Of a stretch of DNA of 45,141 bases, positions 13,841-26,533 are shown piece after piece. Position 1 is the stretch's first letter, and each line of letters opens with the position of its first letter. Under the pieces are notes generated by a model. That model saw only the letters and a list, made by a program, of their open reading frames with translations. It made no database searches and was not told the DNA's origin. The position numbers and the translations under genes are program-made. The stretch comes from Bigelowiella natans CCMP2755 (Eukaryota; Protista; Cercozoa). The stretch spans positions 1 through 45,141 of the forward strand of contig ADNK01001888.1 of NCBI GenBank assembly GCA_000320545.1, in the 5' to 3' direction.

Positions 13841-16800
13841 TTACGTTGTTTTTGCAATGGCAGAATCTTTAAGCTCCTTTGCTTTTATTTTTCCTTCGGT
13901 CTTTTTCTTTTGTAACGTGACGAGTTGTTCATAGACGTCTTCTGCTTCCTGGCCGAGCAAGGCCCGCAGAGTTTGGGCATCGATGTACTTCAATGTGCTC
14001 ACTTTTAGCTGCTCGCCTGATGAAGATTTGAGGTTGCTACCGAAGAATTTATGGAGATCTTTTGTCAGTTGGCCGTCGGAAACATCCTGCAGGGGCTTCA
14101 ACTCCTTCATATTCAAATCACCAGATCCGTCTCTGTCCAAAGACCGGAAGATTCTCGAAGAACTTGCGAAGTTATCGATTTGTTCCAGCTTGCATTTGAT
14201 CTCCTCCTCATTAGCTGCGGTCATCACTCGTCCCTTCGACATTACGACATCTGGTTTGTGGTAATAATTAAGGTGGTTGCTAATGACGTATGAGAAATAA
14301 AATTGATACTAATATATTAGCCATCATCCTTAATCCCCTCCTCCTCCTCCTACTTCTACTACTACCTCTTATTATACTGGCCTTGAATGAGAGGGAACCT
14401 AGACTTTTGTCCTCCTTGCCATTAGTGTCACATAAAAATTGTCGGAACTCCTTATGCTCGCCCTTATGTGCCGAGAGCAAGTGCATTGGTAACCATAGAG
14501 ACCCAACCAGGTCATCGCCAGACATCATATCGTCGTCCCACACGTCTATTCGAACGCTCCCCCCTCGCTCACGTGGGTTATTTATTTGATAGCTATCTTG
14601 CACGTCGAGAGGCCAAAGGAAGAGCGACTCATTCCACTTAGGATTGAGCCCATCCTTAACGGAGCTGCGGGAAGAATAGCTACTCTGCGTGCCGAATCTG
14701 GTCTCAACGCTCGCGATTACATACGGATCTAACCCACCGTCAGTATCAAGGCTTTTCAGGGAATGACCTCGCAACAGCTCTAAGTGTATTGCACGAGGGA
14801 TTCGGCGCACACAGTGCGTTTGGACTGCGATAAGCCAGTCTTCGAGTGTGGGGCGTGCGACGTGACTAGGGACACGAAACTTGAAAAACGATGGCGAGTG
14901 TTGGTGCGATTTTGTCTCTATGATCAACTCGCCAAAGTTTTTCCTTCTGATCTTGGCAGCAAGCATCATAGCTAAGTCAATCTTCTGTGTAGGACCTGTC
15001 TTCTCACTGCCACACCTGCTGACTTCGTGGAAGAAAAGACACGCGCCTCGGATCTCTGCCTTCTGTAGCACAAAGCCCTTAGCGTCATTTTCCTCATCAA
15101 ACTCCAGGAAGCCTTTGATCATGCTCTCCCCTTGCCAGAAATCATGATCAAATGCTGTCAACGCACTCACTGTGGCCCTCTTTGTTGCAAATATAGTCTC
15201 GAGGTTGAAAAAACGCCCCTTCTTGTCTCGAGTGTGTACTTTCGTGTCTGTAGAAGCAAACAACGACGTGAATCCCGTGAAGAGGCCGCCAGCAACTTGT
15301 GTCACCCCTTGAGACAGTGTAGAAGACCTCACGTTCAGCGCTACACCGACGGAGAATTGTTTCAAGACGTCCAGTAGGTTGATTCCAGATGCGATTCCAT
15401 AGTTTGTGTTCTTGAAGTCGTTAATTTCTATCAACTTCATGTGGATTGCTTGTCGTGAGTCGGCATCCTTAGCCTCACCAGCGAAGAGATCCTAGGGAGG
15501 GGGAAGGGATATTCATCGATAGGGGTAATGATGATAGTGATGATGATGATGATGATGATGATGATAATGATGATGACGATGATAATAGTAGTTATATAGT
15601 AATGTAAGCTGATATTGTGAGGTAGCAAAGAATATCTTTCACCACAACTAAATAATAGCTTTGAACGTCATCACCACGTCATTATGTACGTTATCATTTC
15701 TCAACAAGCGGCCACTTGTAACCGAACGATGTGTCTTTTGGTGTGTCTTTGCAGCAACACGAATACGAACATGAACACGCACTCGCACATGGAACTATGC
15801 AAGAAAGTATGTATGTATGTATGTGCGCACAATTTCTAGCTATTTGTCGTAGGTGTTGCTAGTTGTGCTAATAATATGAAGTACCTGCAAGTAGAAGTGA
15901 ATATCTCGGATCGTGACGTTGCCGAGATTGAACAGTATGGGAAAACGTTTGAGCATTGTCATTACATTCTTCACGTTACCAAGGCGGAGATTCGTCTCAG
16001 CACTGTTCGCTGTAATCTGCTGCAGTGAGGTAAGTTTCTTTGGCTGCCACCCTTCATTTTCCACCTTATGGGTCCAGCTCATCCAGAGCTCGATCTCGCC
16101 ATTATCAGCTCCAACATCGAAGTAGTCGTCTATAAGCGGAAACCAGCCTTTGATGACCCATCCATTCTTCTTCTTCTTTTTCTCGACCTCCATGGCGTTA
16201 TGGTGATTGAAGAACGGCGAAAGGTAAAACCACTTGAGAGTCATCACCCAATTTCCGATGACCTGACTACCAATGCCTTCATCAACCACTTGTACATGTA
16301 CCACAGATGAGGGGTCCTTAGCAAGCAGCTCGAATGACTCATTTATAAGCGGATGGCGATTCCGAAGATGAAGCCTTGAGCGTGCCTCTTGAAATCTGAC
16401 CCTCACGTAGACCCTTACGTTCGGAGCCAGCTGCTTCGTGGAGGATCCTTTCAGCCCACGACATCTCAAAACCCTTACAACAAAGGTATTAGGCCAGCGA
16501 TCTGGTCCAAAAACGCTTTCTACAGCACCCCGGCACTCGCCTGTTGCGAGCGCTCTGGTAAATCCATTGATGTTGAAGACGCCGTTCTTCTCGGCAAAGT
16601 TTATGGTCACCCCGCTGAACTCGATGTTTTGGAACTGTATGCATGAACAGTACCGACCAGCTTTCTCTGAAGAGGATGGCGACGATGATGAAGCATATTC
16701 TTCCTCGTCGTTTGCCATCTGTCTGATCCTCCTCCTCCTCTCCCGAAGATTGTTCTTGGAGAAGTGCGAGGGGAACGGAGACCAGTCGCATGAGCTGAAA

Positions 16801-17693
16801 TTCATCAGCCCGAGAAGGTTTCGCGTGCTAATGGACATACGGAAGGTGACGTAGTCACAAACTAGGAACCATGGTATGTCCTGAAAATCCTGCGGCGGAT
16901 TTCCAAATTTAACATTCTCTGCACTGATTCTGAGATGAAGCGTTTCGAAGTCATTCATCCAAGGTTGCAAGTGAATAGCCCCGAATACGAGGGGATAGCG
17001 GTTCATTGCCGTGTAGTACAATATCTTTGTGAGCAAGAATCCAACCATTCGAGGAAGAGCTAGGATCAGAGATAAAATGATAACGGGATATAACAAAAGG
17101 TGTGTCGTACATCTGAGCAACATTTTGACTGCAAAGAATGAGACTGTAGCTGTCGATACAGGGAATATGGAGACCAGAAGAATAACGACAGCAGCAACGG
17201 CATAATTAGTGCTTCCAAATTTGATGAATAATTTTCTGGTTGTCTCCAATCCCTGCTTATCCTGGGACGAAGTACCGCTGTACACTAGAGGGGGGTTGCC
17301 AGGAAGTGCGTGGCAGTCCTCCTTTAAGCGTTCATTACTGTCGTTATCGTCGTCGTGATCCTCCTTTTTGGACTCTTTTGTTCCGTCCAGTAATATATTA
17401 GTTGAACCCGAAACGTCCTCCGAGGATGCAGCGACGATGTCGCTACTTTTGTTTTTGCATTCTTCTTCGTCGATACTAGCCACAATTGCTGATACGAAGA
17501 AGTCTTTGTTCCCTTTCACAGCGGGTGCTCGGATACGTTTGACGTAGCGGCGAGGAGTATGTTGGCCATTTGGAGTTACAAAGAGCTCGAGATCATACAA
17601 ACAGCTTGCTGAGATCCCACTGTCCGTTTTGCTAAACTTCTTGCCCGCCTTTAGGTTGAACTCCCATCCATATATCTTACCTCCCCCGATCAT
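13841..17693 (-). CDS. Membrane-anchored AsmA-like/C2/PH/C2/EF-hand protein; exons about 17693-15885, 15491-14366, 14250-13841
   Basis: TM hairpin region (AVAAVVILLVSIF..., LLLYPVIILSLILAL), C2a (FVVRVLRCRGLK...PLINESF), PH (IKGFLEF...LEDWLIAVQ), C2b with acidic loops (DTDGGLDPYV...VWDDDMMSGDDLVG) and EF-hand DRDGSGDLNMKE. The three ORFs join in frame via GT-AG introns. Confidence 0.75.
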
Positions 17694-17879
17694 CCTTACT
17701 GCTCCCTTTACCTAATATAAATTCACGTTGTTTCTCATTCGTATGAGACTTACACCACGCTATCGACTCACCGGAACAAGATGTTCAGTGTCATTGTGCA
17801 CTGAGATTCGAATCCCCATCTTGCTTCGAATGATGCTCTTCCGGTCGATGTGGGTAATGCAAAAATAGCAATCTCTACG

Positions 17880-17895
17880 GAATCTCCGGAGATTC
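17880..17895. promoter_or_regulatory. Perfect 16-bp palindrome GAATCTCCGGAGATTC in a divergent promoter
   Basis: The palindrome is seen directly between divergent starts at 17693 and 18212. A regulatory role is inferred. Confidence 0.4.
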
Positions 17896-18211
17896 TCCAG
17901 AAATGACCTCGTAGCCAACGATGGTATTTGCGGTCTGTACTGCTGACAAATCTTCAGTAAATAATTTCTCGCACGAAGTTTTTTTTGCTGAAATCACGAA
18001 TGCTCAGGCGTTTCTTTTTTAATAGCGTTCATAATTATTGTCGCCATAAACAATTGGGGCAGGCATAATTGTGAGAAGAGGATGTCGCAATATGTTTTCG
18101 AAGCCATATTTGATTTCCTGATGGCAGTAACGGGAAATTGCCAGAAACGGTCGTGATCAGATATTGGTCCTCCCCTCGATCTTGAAACTTCCAGATTGCT
18201 CACTGAAGAAA

Positions 18212-19008
18212 ATGGCACAGAATGAGATCCCCCTGGCGGGTAGGGATGGGGTTAAGGGTATGGGGAAAGGGAGATGGAATTATATGTGAAGCTGGACGCA
18301 AATTTATACGGGGGTTGGTTCAACAACAACAAATTCTTTGTGAAAATAACCCAAAACCTGAACATCTGCTATCCATAGATTTTGCGGAAATGATCGAGAA
18401 GAAGAATGCGGAAGGAATTCAAAAACTATTTGAAAGTGACTTAAAGTATAAGGTTGTTTACTTGATTTATCTTGATAAGTCCATCTTGTTAAAGGCGTGG
18501 TAATAATTCACAGGGCTTTTCGACTCTCATGATCGCCGCAATGCACACAAATGGGACATGGGTGCTCGAGCATTTCGCAAAGTTAGACCCTAGCAAAGTC
18601 GACCAAACATCAACGCAAGAGCTTCGCGACTTGGCAAAGACGTTAAGTCTGGATGTTGACGATGACATTCTGAGCGACAAATAGTAAACTTCTGATCAAA
18701 TCATTCTGCCTCCATGCAATAACGATCTTCCAATTGCAGCTTTACTCCTTTGATGCTGGCCGTCATGTTTGGACCACCTGCATCAGTCAAAGCTCTTTTA
18801 GATAACGGTGGGTGTAATCAATTTTAAATTTGAAGAAACGTTCAATTAACGATAAAATCAAATCTTTCAGGTGCCCAACCTGAACTTCAGACCAACCGCG
18901 GTTTCACAGCAAAGATGTTTGCTACTTGCCGCAATGATGAAGCTATAAAGAGCTATTTCGCTCGTAACAGGGAATTCTGTGATGCATACTGGGGAAGCTG
19001 CACAATGA
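18212..19008 (+). CDS. Small ankyrin-repeat protein, multi-exon
   Basis: GFSTLMIAAMH..., FTPLMLAVMFGPPASVKALLDNG-AQPELQTNRGFTAKMFA...GEAAQ*. The start codon is uncertain. Confidence 0.7.
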
Positions 19009-19954
19009 TGTGAATTTTTTGGGACTTCTTTCTCAAATACATGCAGAAGATTAGCTTGGATGGAACACATCCTTCAAAAGCCATTTGGAATTTAGTGTTT
19101 TTGAAATGAATAACAGTGACCAGATGTGTGAATTTCTTAATTGGGGCACTTGGAAAAGACATAGGGGAGCTAAAGTGCATGCATAGTAAACGTTAACTTA
19201 CATTATTACAACAAGAGTTGTGTGAATGTGGGACGGACGTAATAAAGTGATTAGTAGTGTGAATGTGTTCACTACTTCACGCTTACGATGTGATACAACA
19301 GGCAATAAATGTACATCACGCAACATGTAATGCACTAGTATGCTGTGTGTGTATACGTATCGCGGGTGTTGTACTACACTAGTATGATACAGCGCGCTGT
19401 GCAAACGACAGCACAAACCGTCTACATATCGTAGCTGTTAGGACACAGCGTGCTAAGCAGTGCTGCGTTCACACATCAATTCTGGCATGCATACACATCC
19501 ACAGACATGCCTTCATCATTAGCATCATTTGCAAATAATGTGCATTACACACGGCACAAGCTATATAGCAAGTAGTGATCTAATGGTGATGTCTATGTAG
19601 GTACGGTGTAGCTACATGGCACGGGCTTAACGAAAAGGTACACGTACACCGATAATACGACATGCGTGATGAGACGACACTCTTGCTGATACTTCTATAT
19701 AAGTTTCATAAATATCTTTATTTTCTAGTTTTTCACGATAATCTATTCTATTTTTTAATTCTACTTTATCACGATATCATTATGAGAATGATTAATATAT
19801 CCAATTTTTTTCTATTAAGAAAGATAATGTATTTATCATTAGGAGTGATACCTATGTTGGTTCAACTATACAACGAGAAAAAGGAAAATTAATATAAGTC
19901 CATATATTAAAACATACATAAGTGATTTCAAAAATATAGTAACTGTTGAAACCC

Positions 19955-20084
19955 CTTAACGAAACCTATCAAGCGCATCACGGCAACCATGGTTCTACCG
20001 TAGTAGATCGCGTGATGGGGTGTGAGACATGTATCTCTGCATGGGATGTTGGGGGCTTAGAGCATTTTTCCGAGACCTTAACGA
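19955..20084 (-). mobile_element. Candidate non-autonomous mini-element / omegaRNA-like structured segment bounded by CTTAACGA direct repeats
   Basis: CCTTAACGA at 19954-19962 and 20076-20084, with nested stems between them. It directly abuts the Fanzor fragment. Strand and identity are inferred. Confidence 0.35.
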
Positions 20085-20326
20085 TTTCTTCTCCGGAAAA
20101 TTAGAAAGTGGTACCTTCTTGTCCCTCAAACGAAATTTTACTCGCCGAAAAACAAGGCAGTGGGAGAGTTTCAATTGATCCCGGGGAACGTAGTTTTTTT
20201 ACCACATATTCAGAAAAAGGAGATGCTTATCAAATAGGTTACAAAGAAATGAAAAATAGAATACTTCCTGTGTTGAAGAGATCAGATAGGATTCAATCTT
20301 ATTTACAAAAAATAGAGACATTCTGA
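20082..20326 (+). pseudogene. Fanzor2 / IS607-TnpB-like nuclease fragment (end of WED, RuvC-I, bridge helix), frameshifted and truncated
   Basis: One frame reads RKWYLLVP (20103-20126). It then shifts to RVSIDPGERSFFTTYSEKGDAYQIG...RILPVLKRSDRIQS, matching the Fanzor2 pattern YYL.VP...(A/S)LDPG.RTF.T.YS..G....IG...D.LQS. No RuvC-II/III or Zn finger was found downstream. Confidence 0.75.
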
Positions 20327-20686
20327 AATCAATGTAGCTTCATAGATTCATTGCAAAGCGCGCGGCTTGCGCGTACGTACGTACATGTAGCTAATTTTCG
20401 TCTTTGTGTGCATGTGCATGTGTGTGTTTGTGTATACGTGTGTTATAGTGTTGACATGTGCTACCGTGTGATGAGTGTGGTCGCGCAGCATTTGTGACCG
20501 GCGCTTAACTAACTCTATCCTAATAAGCAATGCATGAATACTAAGCATGACATATGCGCACGCACACATGTTTGTGTGTACTAGATGTAGTTGCTTGTTG
20601 GCTTGCAACCTAATATTTCAATGCATTATGACACTTGCTTGCGTCTTATAAAATTGAATGAAAACTTATGATTCTGCTTCCAGATT

Positions 20687-22872
20687 TCATCGAGTTACTT
20701 TGAAACTCTTTATTTGTTTGAGAAGCGCCTTCGCCTTGGCATTTTCTGCAAAATGCTTTCGTACAGGCTCGAGCATCTCGTTCAATGCAGCAGTTACAGC
20801 AGCCTGGTGTATTGAAGGATGACCTTATGACTCCATCAAGGTGGTGTATGTGTACTTTCCAAAATAAAACCCCCGAAATAATGATTTTTTTTTTATGAAA
20901 AATTCATTTTCTCACTGGGCATTATTTATTAGTTGTGCATAAGGTTTGTTAGTTGTGCTAAGGTTTGCCAATTATTTTTTGATAATGGAATATTACCTTG
21001 AGGTCCCCAGGGTGAATAGTTCCAGCAACGTAATCTTGCTCCATATCTTCGTAGGAGAGGTACTCCTTCATAGTACTCTCCTCCTGCAAGGATGATTATC
21101 AGTTTATGGATGAGAGATGTAGAGAGATGGAGAAGTATTGAGATATTTCGGCTCGAATCCATCCTCACTAATTCCAACAATGCATAAGTGCACCTTCGCC
21201 CCAACTTTAATCGTCATCTTTCCATTCCTATTGAAGATAATGTGCTTGCAGTAGTCCAAAATGGGGTTTTCCTATATCGGTTTCATCACCATATTTGCAA
21301 TGAATAACCATCAAGGCGAGAACGTAAATGATTAAATGCCGAAAATAACCAATGGTGCAAAAAAATATGATCATCATCAAAAGTTCCACTATTTTCTCAG
21401 AATGTTGGGACCAACTTGTCTTCATTAGTATCAGTCGAAAGATGGTGTAATATCCAATCATCATTGACATAGGGAAAAAGATGCTACTATTTGTCCTTTG
21501 ACTATTTCTATAATATTCCACCTTCGTTTCACCAGGCGGGCAGTAAGCTTGCCTGATTTTCTTCTTGACTGCACTAGCATCGTCCTCCATGAAAATCGCA
21601 GAATTTGGATCCGATTTGGACATTTTCACCTGAGTGATTGATGAATTCATGAGAATATGAAAGCGATGATCAGAGCAGTAAATAAATTTTCTTCTTGTTC
21701 TTTCTCTGTACCTGGCCCTGTTTGAGCCCCATCAGCATCGGATGAGAGAGAATAATAGGCTTGAAACGGTATTTCTTCCTTGCTGCCTGAGGGTATTTAG
21801 TGCTTGAGAAGGTATTTTTCATGGCTCTATGCATTTGCAACCGTATACTAACTCTCTTTCAATCGGGAACTTGAAAATATAGTTATTGACTTCCCGCATG
21901 CATTACCTTGTTCTTGTCAAGGTATTCTCTTGCCAACATGTTCACTTTACGTTGATCCATTCCAAGCTGACATATGTTTGCCTGTTGATGATCATATGAA
22001 ATTTAGTGGCCAGCGATAACGAAGGATGATGAGTCAATACTAAAGAGGTGTTCCTAATTTGTTTTCTCATTCAAACGTCGTGTACATTACTCGAAGGAAA
22101 AATATATCTGCACACTGCATTGCTGGGTACAAAATTTGGGCTGAAGGCATCTCATCTCCTTCTCCTCTGCCCATAATTGTAGCGCATCTCTTCACTCGTG
22201 CAATGCTGTTGCTGCGTGCAATATCCATAACCAACATCCAGTACTCGTTTGGTTTTTTGTTGATCTCTTCAGAAGCCCAGCGGAATTCGACATTGTCAAG
22301 ATCCATACCAGCAGCTTTCCACACCTTGTAACAAAGACGATAGGAAATTATTCCGAGACGCTACTAACGATAATCTACAGTAATTGTATTTACCTCAACC
22401 ATGTACTCGCCCACTTTCCTGATTTTTTTCAAATCACCCTATAATTTATTTCGCGAAGGGTCAGATTTGAATCTAAGACAGAGAATGGATTAAATCAAAC
22501 TACCCCCATTTTATTGTTAAGCATCGCAAACCAGTCCGCAACCCAGAAGATAAATTTGACGCCACATTTTGTCAGCTTATTCACATTGATTGATTTCAAA
22601 ATCCCCTGAGCAATGTGCATTCGTCCGCTCGGCTCGAATCCATCGTACGCACTCGGGCTGAATAAATCATTTTCTCACGAATTACGTAATAATTAGCTTA
22701 GGATATTTGGCAACCTTGGATGTTTGTCGAGCAAATTTCTCAGCTCTTCTTCCTGGATGCACTCGGCCCCGACCGACCGAGCAAGCTTGAACCTCTCATC
22801 CAGAGTCATACCGGAGGGATGATTCTTTTGCTCCTTCGGCTTCTTTGTTTCAGCAGTCGCCGCCTCAGACAT
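20687..22872 (-). CDS. TyrRS: Cytosolic tyrosyl-tRNA synthetase (archaeal/eukaryotic type), multi-exon
   Basis: AYDGFEPSGRMHIAQG (HIGH-like), IADWFA, YPAMQCADIF, QLGMDQRKVNMLAREY, ILSHPMLMGL, KMSKSDPNSAIFMED and AYCPP; ends FKVTR*. Confidence 0.95.
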
Positions 22873-23316
22873 TTTAAATTTGAGGATGAGAAACTACGAG
22901 TAGCTCGCTGGCGAGCTGGGGTGTATAGGGGGTGTGAGTTTGCGTGTTAATCGTCCGAACTACATAAATATAAGGGTTTTTTGAAATTGCGACATGCATG
23001 TTGGCCTTCAAAAAGGACATAAATCCACTGGTCTGCATTACCTCTTTCCGCACTACTGCGACTACGCACGCACCGAAATTTCCGGAAACTTCCAGGAGAA
23101 AAAAATACGGAGATTTTCAGAGTTTTTTTTTGAGGAATGGAGACTTGGTGGAGATTACTACTCTTGCCACAGTGTCTCAGTCGGAGGACATGGTATCCAT
23201 TTGAGAATCATTTCGAGGGAAGCGTATAATTTAGGAGTTTTCTGAGTCTATTTCATGATTTTTGTATGATTTTATGTGTCACAATTCAGCTATAACTGAA
23301 TTCTGGACAGGAAACC

Positions 23317-25583
23317 ATGATGCTTCTGAGTCTGCTCTTCTTCGCCCCCGCTCTTGGCCATCGCGGTAAGGAAATATGAATGGTAGCGATCCTGGTGAGA
23401 TTTGACTATCTCTCATGTTCTCAGTTGGAAAAGGATATGGCGAGAAGATGCTATCACATGTACGTAATGACTGGAGGAAAGGTAAATCCTATTACGTCGC
23501 GTCGTCTGATCATCTTTCCCTCTCAAGACAATGTACACAATGTATACTACTTAGGTGCTCGATGCCAACCGGGAGAATCGCATGAATTGATGTTTGGGGT
23601 ACAGCAAAGGTTTGAATTTGTACGATATGATACACAGGATCGGTATGTCTGTGATTGTCATTGCTGTTTCCGCTATATTTGCGTCCAGGAATATCGAAAA
23701 TGGCCGCCTTGAGAGCGTTCTTGGTGCTGTTTCTAACCCAGCTTCACTTAAAGCGACTGAAACTCGCCACCTTTCATTCGAAGAGGTTCTTCTATTTTTG
23801 GCCAAATTGCGTAAAAATTTCACACGTCATATGTGTATTGAACCTAAACTACCAGGTTGGGGCTCTGACTGCTAACTCTGAGGCCACAGCTTCAATTCAG
23901 ACATACCTAGAGGCACATGGGGCAATTGTGACTCGAGCTACGCCTCGGGGAGAATACATTCGCGCAAGAGCGAACGTTTCTTCCTGGGAGGCGATGCTCC
24001 CAGAAACAGAGTTCTACCATTACGATTTTGTCGATACGAAGGGCCAAGTTGCTCCATCTCGAAGGAACATCATCCGCACTGAGAGCTATTTGATTCCTGC
24101 GGGGCTCTCCAAGCACGTATCTTTCATCTTCTTCGCTACGCAATTACCTCCACGCAAGCCCGAATCGATGATGCCAAAGAAAATCACGGACCCAAAGAGG
24201 ATCGAAGAGCTTCGTCGTCAAGTTCTTAATGGTTCATCCAGTGGTCCTGTCAAGGCAACAGGTGATACCACTCCTGACCTGCTCAACTCATTCTACAGCA
24301 TCAGCACGAACGAAGGCAGCAAGTCTGTAAGCCAGGCCCTCTTTGAGTCGCTTGGCCAATACTACTCTCCTTCGGACCTCTCAACGTTCCAAAACTACTT
24401 CAAACTTCCTTCTGAGAAGGTTAGCAAGGACGTTGGAGGACATGCCTCGGATACTGCGTGCTCTTCCAATCCAAATAACTGTGCGGAGGCCAACCTAGAC
24501 GTCCAGTACATGATGGCTGTTTCCCAAGTGACCCCAACCACGTTCTGGTACATCGATAACGAAGATACCCCTTTTCTGTCCTTTATCGAAGCAGTTGCTT
24601 CCGACTCCAATCCGCCTCTGGTGAACAGCATGAGTTATGGGTAATATTTATCGCGTATTCTGATCAGTTGTCTCACAAATCTGTCAATACACATCCCAAC
24701 GACTTCCTGATCAACATCTCTGAAATCGCAATGTGCACCGTCACTGGAATGTAGCTTAAAAAAACGTAATTGTGTAAATCGGAGTTTTTACCCATAATTT
24801 CGTCGTCCTCGTTTCCGTCTTACGTGATGATTCATGCCATTCAGATCAATCGAAGGCGAAGTGGAAGAATCCGTCTTGTCTTCCTTCAGCACTGAAGCGA
24901 TGAAACTCGGAACCATGGGCGTCACGATTTTCGTCAGCAGCGGTGACGATGGTGTTGCGAATTTCCAAGCAAGATCAGACCCCAGCGCATGTGGATTCAA
25001 CCCTTCTTTCCCTGCGACATGCCCATACGTCACAGCAGTTGGGGCTACGCAAGGGCCTGAGGAAGGCTCGGAGGAAATCGCATGCCAAAGCAACAAAGGC
25101 GGCTCTATCACCACTGGGGGCGGATTTTCAACCTATTACGCAGCCCCATCTTATCAAACTTCTGCGGTCTCAGATTACTTCGCTGCGGCCAAAGCGCCAG
25201 AAGGAACAGGCTTTGATAAGGGCAACCGAGGCTACCCTGATGTTGCTATGTTGGGCCATAACTACTTGGTCGCAATTGCCGGGAACATGTACCAAGTCAG
25301 CGGTACTTCCTGCGCGTCTCCTGTTGTTGCTGGGATCTTCTCGCTGATCAACGCGCAACGTATGGCAAATGGCAAAGGGCCTGTCGGTTTCATCAATCCC
25401 ACCCTCTATTCTGCCAAGGGTTCTACCTGCAACGACATCACCAGTGGGGAGAACGACTGTTGTGCTGGAAGTCCTGGATCGGAAGTTTGTTGCAGCGAGG
25501 GATTCTATGCAGCAAAAGGCTGGGATCCTCTTACTGGCTGGGGCAGTGTGGACTACTCTCTCTCATCCTCTCACTTTCTCTAA
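23317..25583 (+). CDS. Secreted/lysosomal S53 (sedolisin / tripeptidyl-peptidase I-like) peptidase with prodomain
   Basis: Signal peptide MMLLSLLFFAPALG, prodomain VSNP.S..., catalytic EANLD, SMSYG, SSGDDG, GYPDV, SGTSCASP and Ca-site GWDPLTGWG. Confidence 0.93.
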
Positions 25584-26533
25584 AGAAGATGATCATGATG
25601 ATGGGTGATGATGTTCGAAGATCGGTTCACAGGCAGTGACTAGCAAAAAGTATTTCCTATCTAAATCACATGATGTCACATGTGAACACACAAACACAAA
25701 ATTCTGTTGCATGAAGTTCATCAATTGCACCAACATCATCGCGCATTTGGGTCGATGCTCGTGTAACAAATATTGTCGAAGCGAAATCGTCTGGTGTAGC
25801 AGCATGCTCTCGCATTTTTCAAGGATTTTTGTTATGTCATTTTTAACAAAGATAGATTGTTTTCACAAAAGACATGTGATGTGCCTGTTATTTTCACCAT
25901 GTCATTTTAGCAATTTAGTTCAGCAGTAGCTAGAGTAGGTCGTCAGTAGGCAAATTTTTATGTTGCGCATTTTCGCAATTTTTCCTACCGCGGACAGTAG
26001 TAGCAGGGAAATGAAATGTGGGTCATGGTGTAGACCCTGCTGCTAGCTTGACATCTGCTAGATATTACATTGTGACGAGAATGTGTACAATCTACCATTG
26101 CAGATAGCGGCGTTTATGAGAAAACACAGTCTTGCATGCCGGTGACATCTAGACGTACATGAGAACATGTCTGGCCAATAATCGCATCGCAGTCTAGCAG
26201 TGTATAGCTCTGTGTATGCAGCTCATGCTACCATGCTCGCAGCATTGATGCGTAACCAGTAATTAGTCCAGTAGCGTAATACATGGCTACGCATGCTCAT
26301 GTCGAGCTGTGTAACATAGTCACTCTAGCACTGCGCAGCTGCGTCACACGACACATGCATACTAGCATGTGAACATGCTGGAAATTCATACAAGTAACAT
26401 ATATCAAGATATGTATAATAAATCACATAATAATATGAAGGAATGATGACTATTTCATGTTGTGCACATACACATACATGTGTTCCCTAATAGTGAAGCC
26501 TGCTCGCTGTCGAACGCTACATGAGTGGTTTTA

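Noticed and set aside
17795-17825. GATTCGAATCCC resembling a tRNA T-arm (similar words at about 39043 and about 42175)
   Set aside because: No cloverleaf or acceptor stem could be built, and the 42175 copy lies in a coding exon.
19666-19686. Minus-strand ARVSSHH resembling the IS607 TnpA serine-recombinase YARVSS motif
   Set aside because: Only five matching residues, no following Q..DL..Q, opposite strand to the TnpB fragment, and it overlaps the putative RNA motif. Could be chance.
19626-20084. CRISPR array interpretation of repeats here, at 2909-3080 and at 41506-41805
   Set aside because: Only 2-3 copies, irregular spacing, eukaryotic context and no cas genes.
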